Below, piece after piece: positions 1 through 12,973 of a DNA stretch of 35,451 nt. The first letter of the stretch is position 1, and each line of letters starts with the position of its first letter. The stretch is taken from positions 1-35,451 of the forward strand of contig JYFJ02004030.1 of NCBI GenBank assembly GCA_000934665.2. The letters run 5' to 3'. The position numbers were made by a program, and so were the translations under genes. The notes below the pieces were generated by a model. It searched no databases and was not told the DNA's origin. It was given only the letters and a program-made list of their open reading frames with translations. Source of the stretch: Catajapyx aquilonaris. Its lineage: Eukaryota.

Positions 1-272
1 GTGGTCCTGGTAGTTGTCGTACTTCATTGGTCACTCCTCTGACGACATATACTCCAGGATATTGTTGCCAGCCCTGTAGTAGTGGTCCTGGTAGTTGTCG
101 TGCTTCATTGGTCACTCGTCCGTTGACGACGAACTCCAGGTTATTATTTCCAGTTCTCTAGCGGTGCTGGGCAGGCCCTGGCGGGGACGCGTAGCGCCGA
201 AGGCGCGCCAATTGGGGCGCAGCCCCAAGGGGGGGTGTGGGGGGGCGGAGCCCCCCCGCCTCGCAAAGCGAG
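1..272. repeat. GC-rich insertion in intron 10 of Dicer copy A: ~81-bp tandem repeat plus clustered mini-hairpins
   Basis: GTGGTCCTGGTAGTTGTCGT.CTTCATTGGTCACTC at 1 and 82; hairpins at 194-206, 212-228, 239-257, 260-272; no counterpart in intron 10 of copies B or C. Confidence 0.65.
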
Positions 273-370
273 TATGAAAATAAACAGCCTGTATTTTCAA
301 CCGAAAAACCTTTAACATCGGCAAAATCACTGTCAAAATACATCTCCCAAGTGCATGACTTCTGACTCAC

Positions 371-3300
371 CTTAAGTGGAGTACCACGATACCAAGGTAT
401 AACTACTGCATCCTCCAATAGTGCAATATTAACCATTTCAGGGACATGCTCTTTGGAGTTGGCCAGGGTCACTGCATGCTTCACAGTTTCTTCAAACTTT
501 GGAGCATTGTTGACAATGTCCCAGTCAATATCCTTGGAATCCCCTAGGAACACAAGATGTCAGTGAAGACACTATTAGCTCTGCAGGAAAATGACAAGTA
601 CCTTTCAGAGGAACAATAAGACCTCCTTCACTGGTCTCATCATGTACATCGAATCTCAGCATCGGGTGTGTCATGCCCAACAATGTGTGGAAAAGGTAAT
701 TGTGGAATGTGCCTAATAAGGTCACTTCTTTCTTGTCCAGGACTTGATAAGGTTCTGACATTGCTTCCACTGTTACCCACACCATGCCGTACTTGGAGTA
801 CAGAGGAAATTTACACACCTAAATAGAAATTCTTTAACTAGGAAGAGCATATAGATACAGAAGAAATTGAAAAAAGGTGTTCGTAAATTACCTTAGGCAA
901 TTTGATGGCACACAACATTCCAAATGTGTTCCTGCTCATCTGGGGAGTCACCGTCTTCAGATCCCACTCTGACACAGCCTCCATTTTGAGGACATGTAAA
1001 TACATTTCCTTCCCAACTATCGGCCATGATCTTAAATATGCTTCTGGCGTAGCAATCTTGTAGAACTGCCTCCTCTTCTTGGTACCCACCTTGGGCTCGC
1101 TTGGGAGTGTCTGATCCTCTGGAGGCTCAACCCAATCATCTGGCTCCTCCTTAGGCTTCCTCCCAACTGGAAGAAGATGGGCCTCATCCAACTCCCCAGC
1201 ATCATACAGGACTTTACAGGCCTCCATGTAAACCGATTTCTTGGCTAAACCCACAGTTGGCATTGGAAGGCCTGTGATGTCCTCTCGAACTGGTGAATTA
1301 ATGGGCAAGCGCAGAGTGGCTTGAAACCTGGGTTGGTCTGATCCATGGTGCACATACCAGCAGAGAGGCGACAGGAAACTAAAGCGGTCCTGAGGGAGCA
1401 TGCTGCAGTACCTGATCAACAGCAAGAAATAAATGCAATTATGTTGGTGCAAAAGAATACTCAAATGTACTTACATATGAACAAGTGAGATGGCAGCAGT
1501 GTGGGCAATCATGGGTGCTCTTTCCTCTTTCCTTGGTTGGAAAGGAGGGAGCAACAGATCACCTTCTCTCTGATCTGACTCTTCATCTGGGGTCACAAAT
1601 TTGCACGGTGACCCAGCCTTGAGAACATTATAAAGAGTTTCTTCTATTTTCTTGAAGCTGTCAAGCTTCTTTCTGATCTCATCTTCTTTATATTCTGAAG
1701 TTAAAAGCACATAGCGTCCTTCTCGTTTCCTTGCTCTTCCCATTGATTGAACATATGAAGGGAATGATTGAGGAGGATCAAATCTGAGCACTAAATTACA
1801 CTTCGGTATATCTATCCCTTCTTCTAAGACACTTGTGGTGACAATGAGGTTGGATTCACCCGAACGAAAGCGCTCCATAGCTGCTTTCTGGCGCTTTACA
1901 TTAAACCTGGAAACCAAATTCTCATTTGGGTTTCCTTCGCTTGTACCCACCACAAACTGGGGTGAAATAAAGGAATACTCTGGCAACTCATTCCTCACAT
2001 CCTGCATGGAAGAAAAGGCTTCGTGGAATGAAATGTTTACGTACTATCACTAAAAAATAGCACGACCTTACCATAAGGAAATGGCTCAAAACCTGAGCAG
2101 TTATGCGCTCTTCGATAAAGATAAGCCCACATAGGCGATTGTCATTCTTCTCTTTGTCATTCCCTCTTCCATTCTTCTTCCAAGGGGATGTACCCACTAT
2201 CTGCTCAGCCTCTCTGTATCTAAAAAGAGTGACTGTTAGCTTCGTCTACAGTATAGACACATTAAAGTCAGGAGCTGACCAATGTCCATACCTGGAAAGT
2301 ATTCCCAGCATGTGCTTCACCTTAGGTTTGAGGAATCTACTCATCCTTTCTGCTGGTGAACACTGTGATAGCAATATGTCCAATCTGCTATGTATACAAT
2401 GCATCAAAGTCCTCACCAGAGAGTAGAACACCTCCTTTTTTTCTGTGCATATACGAATCTCCTTCTCCAAACGCACAATGATCAGTAAGGCAGCAATATT
2501 TGCACAGTACAAACCCATCTCGGATATTATGGACTGCATTGCACCTAAGAAGCTGCAATGGAAACACCTCTGCCATTATTATTTCTATTGAAATACATCG
2601 TCTTACAACCTTACCTGGTCAACGTTTTTAGTGGACGATGTATGATAGGAGATAGTAATATTCCATTGACCTTAGGTATTCTCTCTCTCTTGCTCATGGT
2701 ACTCTCCGCCCAAACAATCACATTTCTGGTCTCGGAAAGTTCCTGTTCTAGTCTTTCAATTAAACTAACAGTATCATGATCAAGGGTGTTGTCTGGACCA
2801 AACACGTCAAATTCTTCTGTTGGGTTGGTAGCATATTGTTCAACAACTGTGTGGTCATATGTGGCAGCCTGACTGCACATAGTGTGCTCCAGTGCTCGGA
2901 CCTTTTTAGCCACATTTGGAACTTTAACATTACTATTTATCAGTGTGGCAGTGAGGCCTAGTACTTGAGGAACATCCTGTCCTTGCTCATGTGCCTTCCT
3001 TAGATCATCCATGGCCACCCTCATGGGGTGGTCCCCCACTGCATGGTGACACTCATCCACTACGAGAAGTGCGACATCATTCCAGTGGATGTAGCTATGA
3101 TGAAGCATCTGTACAAAGACCTGAGGTGTCAGAGCCAAAACCTGGAAACATCATGTACTTGTAACAAAGCAACATATTACTGCCATAATTCTTATGAAAC
3201 CTTTAATAGTGAAGACATGATTGTCACGCAACATAATTAAAATGTGAAAATGAGCTCAATAGGAAACACATGGAATTCCGATTTTGAGCGCCTGCAGCGG

Positions 3301-3992
3301 CCAAACGCCATGGTAGATTTTCTTCGGCCTTCAGACAATTGACTTTGAAATCAAGATCTATCAACTGACCAAGTTTCATCCAAATCCATCTGGCACAACT
3401 TTACACGTAAGGACCCCACCATGTCCTTTCAAGACACAATTAAATAATAATTTACGCTAACCTCATGTTGTTCCATTTCTCTTTGCCATGTGTCATCGTC
3501 CCAGAGATCAACTTGTGCCTCTCCTGTGTAGCAAGCAACATCGAGGTTACTATTCTGCTGTATGTACTTACTCTGCTGATGCACCAATGGGACCGTCACT
3601 GCCAAAAAAAATATTTTCTTTTGATCCTTCCCTTTTGATCCGCTTCAAATGAAAAGATAAATCATTATTTTCGATAGGATGAAGACTTTCCAATCATTTT
3701 TATCTTATTCAAAATGCCAGTATAGTAGAAAAGAACTCACAGTTTCGTAGCAACATGCTTTATCAGCTGCAAGGCAATGAATGTTTTTCCTGAGCCAGTT
3801 GGCAGGAAAATCACTGTGTTCTGTTTCTTGGCACACTCCAACAGTGCAATCTGTCACAACATATAAAAATGATTGTAAATGTGTAGCACAATAACAGCCA
3901 AATAATTTCAAAATGAATATTCTGCTTACTTGATAATCCCGTGGTTCAAATAACGGAAATAAGACATCCTTACTCCCGTCTGCGCCGAGGGC
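371..3992 (-). CDS. Dcr-2: Dicer-2-like endoribonuclease, copy A (partial: helicase, DUF283, platform, start of PAZ; continues beyond the left window edge)
   Basis: Hand-spliced GT-AG exons: 3992-3930, 3850-3741, 3642-3462, 3141-2615, 2552-2292, 2219-2072, 2001-1475, 1411-892, 818-602, 543-371; phases are compatible and no stops occur. Motifs: FEPRDYQ, Walker [50 protein letters not shown]283 [34 protein letters not shown]. The first visible exon starts at an acceptor (ttttaag|GCC), so the ATG lies in an unidentified upstream exon. Confidence 0.9.
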
Positions 3993-5020
3993 CTTAAAAT
4001 AGATACATTAGGTGATGTCATCATGTGGAAATGAGGTAATGACAGGAAAAATAAGGGGGGAAATCATAACTTCAATCATGCTTTCCAGTGCTAGAGCGAC
4101 TCTAACGGTTTTGCAGATACGGCTTTTTCCCATGAGACGGCAGAGCAATAAAACGGTACCGCTACTGATTTTCAATAGATAACTCAGTGAATATGTTCAA
4201 CAATGCAACCTCGAGCTCCATATCCTCACGAAACCTTACAGGATCACTGGTATTACATAGCAACAATGAATAGTCACCTGACAGTTCGAATCATTCGAAT
4301 AACGAGGTTCAATGTGCCGGCCCGCAGTATGATTTTCATCAAACGTTTTCAGAGCACCAGCAGTTAAATCATCAACGTTGTACTCTAAAACAAAAAGAGA
4401 AAGCCGGTAAATACACTTGAGGTAAAATGAAGTAAAGCTACTGACCAGTCATGATCGCGTGAGTGTCTTGATTGCTGCTGAGTATGTGAGGTAGCCTGGC
4501 CTTTTTAATGCTGTATATGCATATCGGTCGGGTATCGGCGACTCACGAGTAGATAAGATTATCTTTCCTTGATTGCAATATCATATTTTACGTCTCAACA
4601 CAGAGTGCAATAATTGCTAACCGTACCCACAAGTTAAAAAAGCAGTATTATATTTAGAAACAAACTATGGATTATTTTATGCAAAAAATATAAAAATATA
4701 AACAAACTATGTAAGTAACATGTCTGACAAGTTCTATGAATTCAGTGGTTTTTTTAATTGAGAAAAAAAATTGCAGAAGGAAATGAAATCTTTCTTTGAT
4801 TTGCCATAAGTAGCCTAAAATAATAATGTTACAAAGTTATTTATATGCAGCTTGGCATGATGAATGTCCGGCCTTATTTTTGGTGTCACTTTCATAACCT
4901 AAAAACTGTTCTTTGATTCAGTCACGGGGACTGATCGCTTTGGTGAAAGCCCAGTGAAATTCATTGGTGTTTTATGACTAATATTCTATGTCTCCAAACT
5001 TACAATAATATCATTATTGT

Positions 5021-5339
5021 TATATGATTGTTTATACTTTGTGACACCTAGAAAAAATTACCTACAAGACCTGCCCACATTCCCCCCAACAAGCTATCAT
5101 CTCCTTTTCCAAAATATACCAAAGCAACACATATTTTCTCTATTTAAATTTTTCCAAAACGTGAACAAAAGAATTAATTTTTCAAAATACTAAATATGTT
5201 AAGGGTCATATGTTTATGTATTTAAAAAAAAACTAAAATTGGAAATTAGAAATTTGGCAGGGTGTGTGTCCCCCGAAACAGGACGCAATGTACGGAGAAA
5301 GGGGTATGAAAATAAAAAATTAAAAATAAAATAAAATAA
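5021..5339 (+). mobile_element. 5'-truncated non-LTR retroelement 3' end with A-rich tail and 14-bp TSD
   Basis: Direct repeat AATATCATTATTGT at 5007-5020 and 5340-5353; (TAAAA)n tail at ~5307-5340; the 5' part reads DCLYFVTPRKNYL, resembling the end of a LINE ORF2 CCHC region. Confidence 0.7.
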
Positions 5340-5599
5340 AATATCATTATTGTGGAGCCTCGAAAATTCTATTATTGAAATACTTGTGACAAGACAGGGA
5401 ATATTGTTAAGTATTGGTGGTAAGTTAAAACGTACGTAAGTGAACATTATTGTTGACTTTGCCACAAATTTTTATATGGCATTACAGCAATTCAAAATAG
5501 TGAATGTTGGTACAGTACCCACCTGACATTTTTGGTCCGTAACTCCGTATGGAATACCGTTTCAATTGTTGTCACGGTATTGTTGCATCATAATGGTGA

Positions 5600-5678
5600 G
5601 GCTTTAGTTCATATGTTGGGTTAGCTTGCGTCTCCCTTCATCGCTGACTACCCCTTATAAGGAAATGTGATGGTGATG
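5600..5678 (+). mobile_element. 79-bp extreme 3' fragment of the same RTE family with 10-bp TSD
   Basis: AGTTCATATGTTGGGTTAGCTTGCGTCTCCCTTCATCGCTGACTACCCC is a near-exact reverse complement of ~31421-31470; flanked by direct repeat ATAATGGTGA at 5590-5599 and 5679-5688. Confidence 0.85.
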
Positions 5679-5971
5679 ATAATGGTGACGTGAAGGGAAT
5701 AACGGAAATAATGTTGATTGGAGCCTTGGAATTTATTGAATAATATAAAATTGGTATCATAACCGCATACATAATATGGTAATAGGTAAAATGCAAAAAT
5801 GTATACAAAAATGTATTTTCAGGCCTTTTTTTGTTCCATTCGACATTTTAATTCAACTAGATATTCAACAGATCAAAATTGGGTCGAACTCATGTGCAGA
5901 ATATGATATGCTGCACCTGTCATCGCAAAGACTCAAAACTCTCTTTCAATGACACAGGAACCCTTGATTAG

Positions 5972-8900
5972 CTATTTTTTGAGATTCCTCAAAGCCAACT
6001 TTGCAGCTGCAGCTGTGGCTCTCTGCTTTCCTCTTCCTAGGCCATGAAACATCTGGTCCTTTCCTCCAATCTTGACACAGATGCGGACCACATCAAAGCC
6101 CTCTTTTTCAAACTCGTCATGAGCAACTGGCCTGCAAAAGTAAATGTTATGTCCACTCTTATGTATGCGTACTACATAGAGATGGACTAGTAGCAATATG
6201 ATATTAGTTCTCACCTGATGTCCAATCTGTGAGGATATCGCTCATGCAGTTCTCTGAGTGGTGACATGGGCACATTCCTTGTGAACTCAGTTATCTCTCT
6301 GTTCATCAAGGATTTGAAGACTCCCCACACCTTATTGAGGGACATCCCACTGTCCAGATATATTGCTCCAGCCAGAGACTCAAAGAGGTCTCCAAGCACC
6401 TTGGGTACTTCTATCTCGCCCGCAATGTCCTCGTCCTCACCTAGAAGCTCAAACTGAAAAAATGACATAAGGTCCACACTGAGACATACCGGTATGTGTA
6501 AAATAATTGCATCAATTCCATCAAAACGTTTTTAACAAAATATAATTATTTCCATTTGTCATAACTTCATCTGCAGCTTCATGCATGAGAAGCTCATGAA
6601 GTACTACTTACATGACCTGAAACTTTATGACCGTTTTCTTCCTGGTGAAGCACAAATCTGTCAATGACTGTCTGAAGTTGAGGTGAAGAGTGTCGCAAAT
6701 ATTTGTGGAGTCCCTCTCGCACAGCTATGGAGGCAAATGTAATGTTGTTCACCAGGGCAGAACGAAGGTCAGTCATCTGCCCAGGGGTCAGATTGGGGCC
6801 ATCCTCGTAAATGTGACGAGTAATCAAGTAATCTGTGTCAGAATGAAATAATTGATATTACATCACCTGGGAAATGAATAATCATTCGTGATGTATACTC
6901 GTACATACCTAGAACAGCATCACCCAAAAATTCCAGCCTCTGGTAGCAATCTGTAATCCGGTTCTGGAAGAACGATGCATGAGTAAAAGCTTGAAGTAAA
7001 AGGCTGACATCTTTGAACTTGTAGCCAATTCGTTTCTCAAGCCTATCCACTCCAAAGATGTAACTTTCGATTTCATCATCCATGTCAATTCCCATATTGT
7101 GGTAGTTAACAACAGCTGTTGGAAGTGGGTGGTGCAATGAGATCTCATCTCCTTCAAGACCCCTGTCCCTCATGCCAAGCCAGGACAGAAAGTGGATGGC
7201 AGCATCATCTCCACATCCAAGGAGATGTGCTCCTATCATGGCTTCCACACAATCAGCCACACTCTTATCCGAGACACTATGATGATGGAAGTAGCTAGTG
7301 AAGCCATTGACTTTGCAGGTATCAACTTCCTTTGGTGTCTCCCCAGTAATATTTTCTACTACACAATCCACTAGGTAACGAAGCTGCTTAGGGTCGAATT
7401 CAAACAGTTCTTCAGCAGTATACTCTTGAAGTGTGGTGTAATTTAAACCAAGTTCAATGAGGATGTCTTCCAGGGCTACTGGAGGCTAATAAATGAGAGA
7501 AACAAATTCGCAACAACTCTGCATTTTGCAAGTGTCAACAGTCCAAAAACAAAATAACAACACTCTAGTTCAAGAAAGAAAAATGTTGCCTTACCTTGAA
7601 TCCAGGTGGTGCACAAAAGTTCCTTGGCTCAAATGGATGGGAATTAATATATCCAGGTAATCCCTTCATCTTCCCTAGCTTATACAAAATCTTGTTATTG
7701 ATGAGTCGCATCCTGCGAGTGCTGAGCTTTCCTTCATCATCGCTCTTGTAGGCGCAGAAAAGGTGGACTGACACTGCGAATTTGAGGAATGAATCCCCTA
7801 CCATTTCTAGTCGCTCCAAGTCAAATCCATCGTTGCAGGCAGCCAATGTCAGAGCCTTTAGTAAGGAAGAGAGCTCAATGTCATGGCAGTGAATAGACCT
7901 AATTTGTGTGTGTCTCATGTTGTCAAGCATGTTGCGCTTCTTTTCCGGGGGTATGTAATGGTCTGCATTGCACTCATCATTTCTGGATGCCGATACAGGC
8001 TTAAAGGTGACTGAATTATGGAAAAGCTCAACGTCAGACAGAGTAACAGTGAAGATGCAGTCTTCAGGATCTACAATGACTTTGAACATGTCAAATGCCT
8101 GTCCATGATAATCTGTCACATGCACTGCGTCATCATCATCTGCAATAGGAAAAATAAATGTTTAGGAATATTAAGACTGTCAACACGACATGCCAGAAAA
8201 TTCTAAAAACAGTAGAAAAATATCACCCATTTATATGTAGTTAATAAACCAACTAGCCTGATACTATTTCACCATCCTCCAGCGTCTGCTCCTGATCACC
8301 ACCACTTGAAACCACACTGGTCCTAGTTCCATCAGCATTATCACAATTTCCTGCGGTCGTGATGGGACCATAAGACAAGGCTTTCCAGTCAGGTTTCCCT
8401 CTATTGTGTTCAAATCCAAGTGACGAGTACATATCCCCGGCCAGAAGAAGCTGTCTGTAGCGATGAAGAATGGAAGGGATGTGTAGGGCCTGAACTAGAA
8501 AGGAAGCAGGCATTGGATGGACACAACAGAGCTCAGGAACCAGGTGCTCCTGAAATTTGTCACGGTGCAACATTCGCCGTGATTCCTTATTGTGAGGGCC
8601 AGTCCTGGAATGATAACAAGGCAGAAGTGATAAAAGCAGTATAGCAAAAATGATGTAACAACATCCCAATAAACCTTTGAACATAATTATTTCAGGTTCA
8701 ACAGTAGGAAAACTAGAGTTAGCTTACTGGTGAACTAGTAAGTTAACATGGAATGATCCCTGTGATCCAATTTGCTTCACTTCAATCAATGGCTGGTCCT
8801 GGTGCTGCACGTCGAGCTTGTATTTCTCTTTGTAGTAAGCCTTGTAAGTGGCATATGTCTCTCCAGAGGGGAATGGGGAGGAAGGAGTAATATCACTACA

Positions 8901-11900
8901 GTTCTCCACAATGCTGTAGTACTGTAAATAATATTCATTTCATGTCATAAGGATCAGGCATTAAATAGTAGCAATTTAGTGTTACTTAAGTCTGAATATA
9001 TTTCGCTACTGAAATAAGTCAATTATCAATTTGATGACCCTTAATATAAATGTAAGTAATGGCGCAATGTATCTGCTAAAATAATGACAATTCAGTTCTT
9101 CAACAAATTAAGTGTAAATTTACATTTGCAGTTTTAAATTAAACATGTAAAATTAATCAGGTGGTCATATATATTTTATTCCATATCAAAATATGACCCT
9201 TTAGCAGTATGACCCATATAACCATTATTTAAGTTGCTGTAAAAATACACAATACAGGCTAGCCAAATTCCATCAAAATAAGACCATTGATATCGGACTA
9301 TTTGAGGAACAATAATTTTGTCAGACAGAAAAATTACTGTAATGTGAGGTATTTTCATATTTGCAACAGCTTCACTAGTATGCAAATAAGTTCCATATAC
9401 CTATTATCGACTGAGAAACCTGCTAAAAATAATTCTTTCAATTTAACCTAGGCAAAATTACTATCAAAACTCGTCAAATAAGTGCACCATTGCTGCCTCA
9501 CCTTAAGTGGAGTACCACGGTACCAAGGTATTACTACTGCATCCTCCGAGAGAGCAGTATCAATCATTTCAGGGACGTGCTCTTTGGAATTGCCCAAGGT
9601 CACTGCATGCTCCACCGTTTCTTCAAACTTTGGAGCATTGTTGACAATGTCCCAGTCAATATCCTTGGAATCCCCTAGGAACACAAGATGTTAGAGAAGA
9701 CACTATTAGCTCTGCATGAAAATGACAAGTACCTTTCAGAGGAACAATAAGACCTCCTTCACTGGTCTCATCATGTACATCGAATCTCAGCATCGGGTGT
9801 GTCATGCCCAACAATGTGTGGAAAAGGTACTTGTGGAATTTGCCTAATAAGGTCACTTCTTTCTTGTCCAGGACTTGATAAGGTTCTGACATTGCTTCCA
9901 CTGTTACCCACACCATGCCGTACTTGGAGTACAGAGGAAATTTACACACCTACATAAAAATTAGAATTAAGCATAAAGAATAAATGGAACAAAAATGTTT
10001 GTAAAATACCTTAGGCAATTTTATGGCACACAGCATTCCAAATATGTTCTTGCTCATCTGGGGAGTCAACATCCTCAGATCCCACTCTGACACAGCCTCC
10101 ATTTTGAAGACATGTAAATACATTTCCTTCCCAACTATCGGCCATGATCTTAAATATGCTTCTGGCGTAGCAATCTTGTAGAACTGCCTCCTCTTCTTGG
10201 TACCCACCTTGGGCTCGCTTGGGAGAGTCAGATCCTCTGGAGGCTCAACCCAATCATCTGGCTCCTCCTTAGGCTTCCTCCCAACTGGAAGAAGATGGGC
10301 CTCATCCAACTCCCCAACATCATACAGCACTTTACAGGCTTCCAAGTAAACCGATCTCTTGGCTAAGACCACAGATGGCATTGGAAGCCCTGCGATGTCC
10401 TCTCGAACTGGTGAATTAATGGGCAAACGCAGAGTGGCTTGGAATCTGGTATTGTCTGATTCACGGTCCACATACCAGCAGAGAGGCGACAGGAAACTAA
10501 AGCGGTCCTGAGGGAGCATGCTGCAGTACCTGCAGTAAGAAATAAATGCAATTAAGTTGGTGCAAAAGAATACTCAAGTGTACGCTACGTACATATGAAC
10601 CAGTGAGATGGCATCAGTTTGAGTAATCTTGGGTGCTCCTTCTGCTTTGCTTGGCTGGAAGTGAGGTAGCAACCTCTCAGCATCACCATGATCAGACTCT
10701 TCATCTGTGGTCACAAATCTGCATGCTGACCCCTCCTTGAGAGCATTCCGAAGAATCTCTTCTATTTTTTTGAAGATGTCAAGCTTCTCTCTGATCTCAT
10801 CTTCATTAGATTCGGATGTTAATAGTACATAGCACCCTCCTCGTTTCCTTGCTCTTCCCATTGATTGGATATAGGAAGTAAATGTTTGAGGAGGATCAAA
10901 TCTAAGCACTAAATTACACTTCGGTATATCTATCCCTTCTTCTAAGACACTTGTAGTAACAATGAGGTTGGATTCACCAGAACGAAAGCGGTCCACAGCA
11001 GCTCTCTGACGTTTTGCATTAAACTTGGAAAGCAAATTCTCATTTGGGTTGCCCTGGTTTCCCACCACAAACTGGGGTGAAATAAATGAATATTCTGGCA
11101 TTTTCTCCTTCACATCCTGCATGTGAAAAAACAGTTATGTTAGTTTAATGAAAAAAAACACATATCAATAAAAAATAGTAAGTGCTCACCATAAGGAAAT
11201 GGCATATAACCTCAGCTGTTATACGTTCTTTAACAAAGATAAGCCCACAGAGGCGATTGTCACTTTCCTCTGTGTTATTACCTCTTACATGGTTCTTCCA
11301 AGGGGATGTATCCACCGTCTGCTCAGCCTCTCTGTACCTACAAAGAGTGACTGTTAATGACACATTAAAGTCAGGAGCTGACCAATGTCCATACCTGGAA
11401 AGTATTCCCAGCATGTGCTTCACCTTAGGTTTGACGAATCTACTCATCCTTTCTACTGGTGAGCACTGTGATAGCAATATGTCCAATCTGCAATGTATAC
11501 AATGCATCAAAGTCCTCACCAGAGAGTAGAACACCTTCTTTTTTTCTGTGCATATGCGAATCTCCTTCTCCAAACGCACAATGATCAGTAAGGCAGCAAT
11601 ATTTGCACAGTACAAGCCCATCTCGGATATTATGGACTGCAATGCACCTAAGAAGCTGCAATGGGAAGCCATTATTATTTCCATTGAAATACTTTATCTT
11701 ATTACCTTACCTGGTCAACGTTTTTAGTGGACGATGTATGATAGGAGATAGTAATATTCCATTGACCTTAGGTATTCTCTCTCTCTTGCTCATGGTACTC
11801 TCCCCCCAAACAATCACATTTTTGGTCTCTGAAAGTTCCTGTTCTAGTTCTTCAATTAAACTAACAGTATCATGATCAAGGGTGTTGTCTGGACCAAACA

Positions 11901-12973
11901 CTTCAAATTCTTCACTTGGGTTGGTAGCATATTTTTCAACAACTGTATGGTCATACGTCACAGCCTGACTGCCCATAGTGATTTCCAGTTTTCGGACCTG
12001 ATTAGCCACATTTTCAACCTTAACATTACGATTTATCAGTGTGGCAGTCAGGCCTAGTACTTGAGGAACCTCCTGCCCTTGCGCACATGCCTCCTTTCTG
12101 TCTTCCATGGCCACTCTCATTGGGTGGTCCTTCACTGCATGATGACACTCATCCACTATGAGAAGGGCCACATTTTTCCAGTGGATGTAGCTATGGTGAA
12201 GCATCTGAACGAAGATCTCAGGTGTCATAGCCAAAACCTAAAATTCATTTCGGATGTATTAGGCAGATATTGTATCCCTGCTTTTTAGTAAGAACTAAGA
12301 ACAGACAAGTTCCTAAATATTTCAAGACGTAATAATTGCAAAAAATTTAACTTGCCTCATGATGGCCCGTTTCTTGTTGCCACGTGACTTTGTCCCAGTG
12401 ATCAACCTGTCTGTCTCCAGTGTAGCAAGCAACATCAAGATTAATATTCTGCTGTATGTACTTGCTCTGCTGCTGGACCAATGGGACAGTCACAGCCAAG
12501 AAAACTATTTTCTTCTGATCCTTCCCCTTTGGTCCACTTCAAATAAAAGATAAAAAATAATCAACATTGTCGTTTGCACTTTCCAATAATTTTTGACCTT
12601 ATTGCAAAAGGGACTTAACTACACTTACAGTTTAGTAGCAACATGCTTGATGAGCTGTAGGGCAATAAATGTTTTTCCAGAGCCAGTGGGCAAGCAGATC
12701 ACTGTGTTCTGCTTCTTGGCAAACTCCAACAACGCAATCTGTCAGCATATAAAAATGCATGTAAATAAGTAGCACTACAATAGTAAATGATTATTCTGCT
12801 TACTTGATAATCCCGAGTCTCGAATAACACATCCTTAAGAGCCTGTAAATGACCATGTAAAATTTAAACTCACAGTTGCAGTATGTAAAATATTCATTTG
12901 GCTTTGTCTCTGGTGGAATTTCTGTTAGACTAGCCACCCAGGGGCAAATACACAAAATGACCCATACCGCCAT
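5972..12973 (-). CDS. Dcr-2: Dicer-2-like endoribonuclease, copy B (complete, ~1660 aa)
   Basis: Exons: putative ATG GCG micro-exon 12973-12968 (uncertain), 12842-12804, 12738-12629, 12536-12356, 12237-11711, 11655-11395, 11337-11190, 11116-10593, 10529-10010, 9949-9733, 9674-9502, 8921-8728, 8604-8258, 8139-7595, 7485-6909, 6832-6612, 6453-6215, 6131-5972. Without the micro-exon the total is 4983 nt, in frame, ending TAG. Domains: DExD/H helicase ([16 protein letters not shown]), DUF283, PAZ (YKAYYKEKY..DQPLIEV, HLVPELC), RNase IIIa ([22 protein letters not shown]), RNase IIIb ([21 protein letters not shown]), C-terminal dsRBD. The intact helicase, short RNase IIIa insertion and overall length favour Dcr-2 over Dcr-1. 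Confidence 0.93.

Noticed and set aside
1..165. CRISPR-like or coding repeat
   Set aside because: Only two diverged ~81-bp units with no unique spacers, eukaryotic context and no supported ORF.
525..601. Apparent frameshift or pseudogene between overlapping ORFs 525-818 and 158-553 (and equivalents in B and C)
   Set aside because: Explained by a 58-nt GT-AG phase-1 intron conserved in all three copies.
12830..12900. ATG AAT ATT..ACT|gtgagt as the first coding exon of copy B
   Set aside because: It would need a 31-nt intron, below the usual minimum size.
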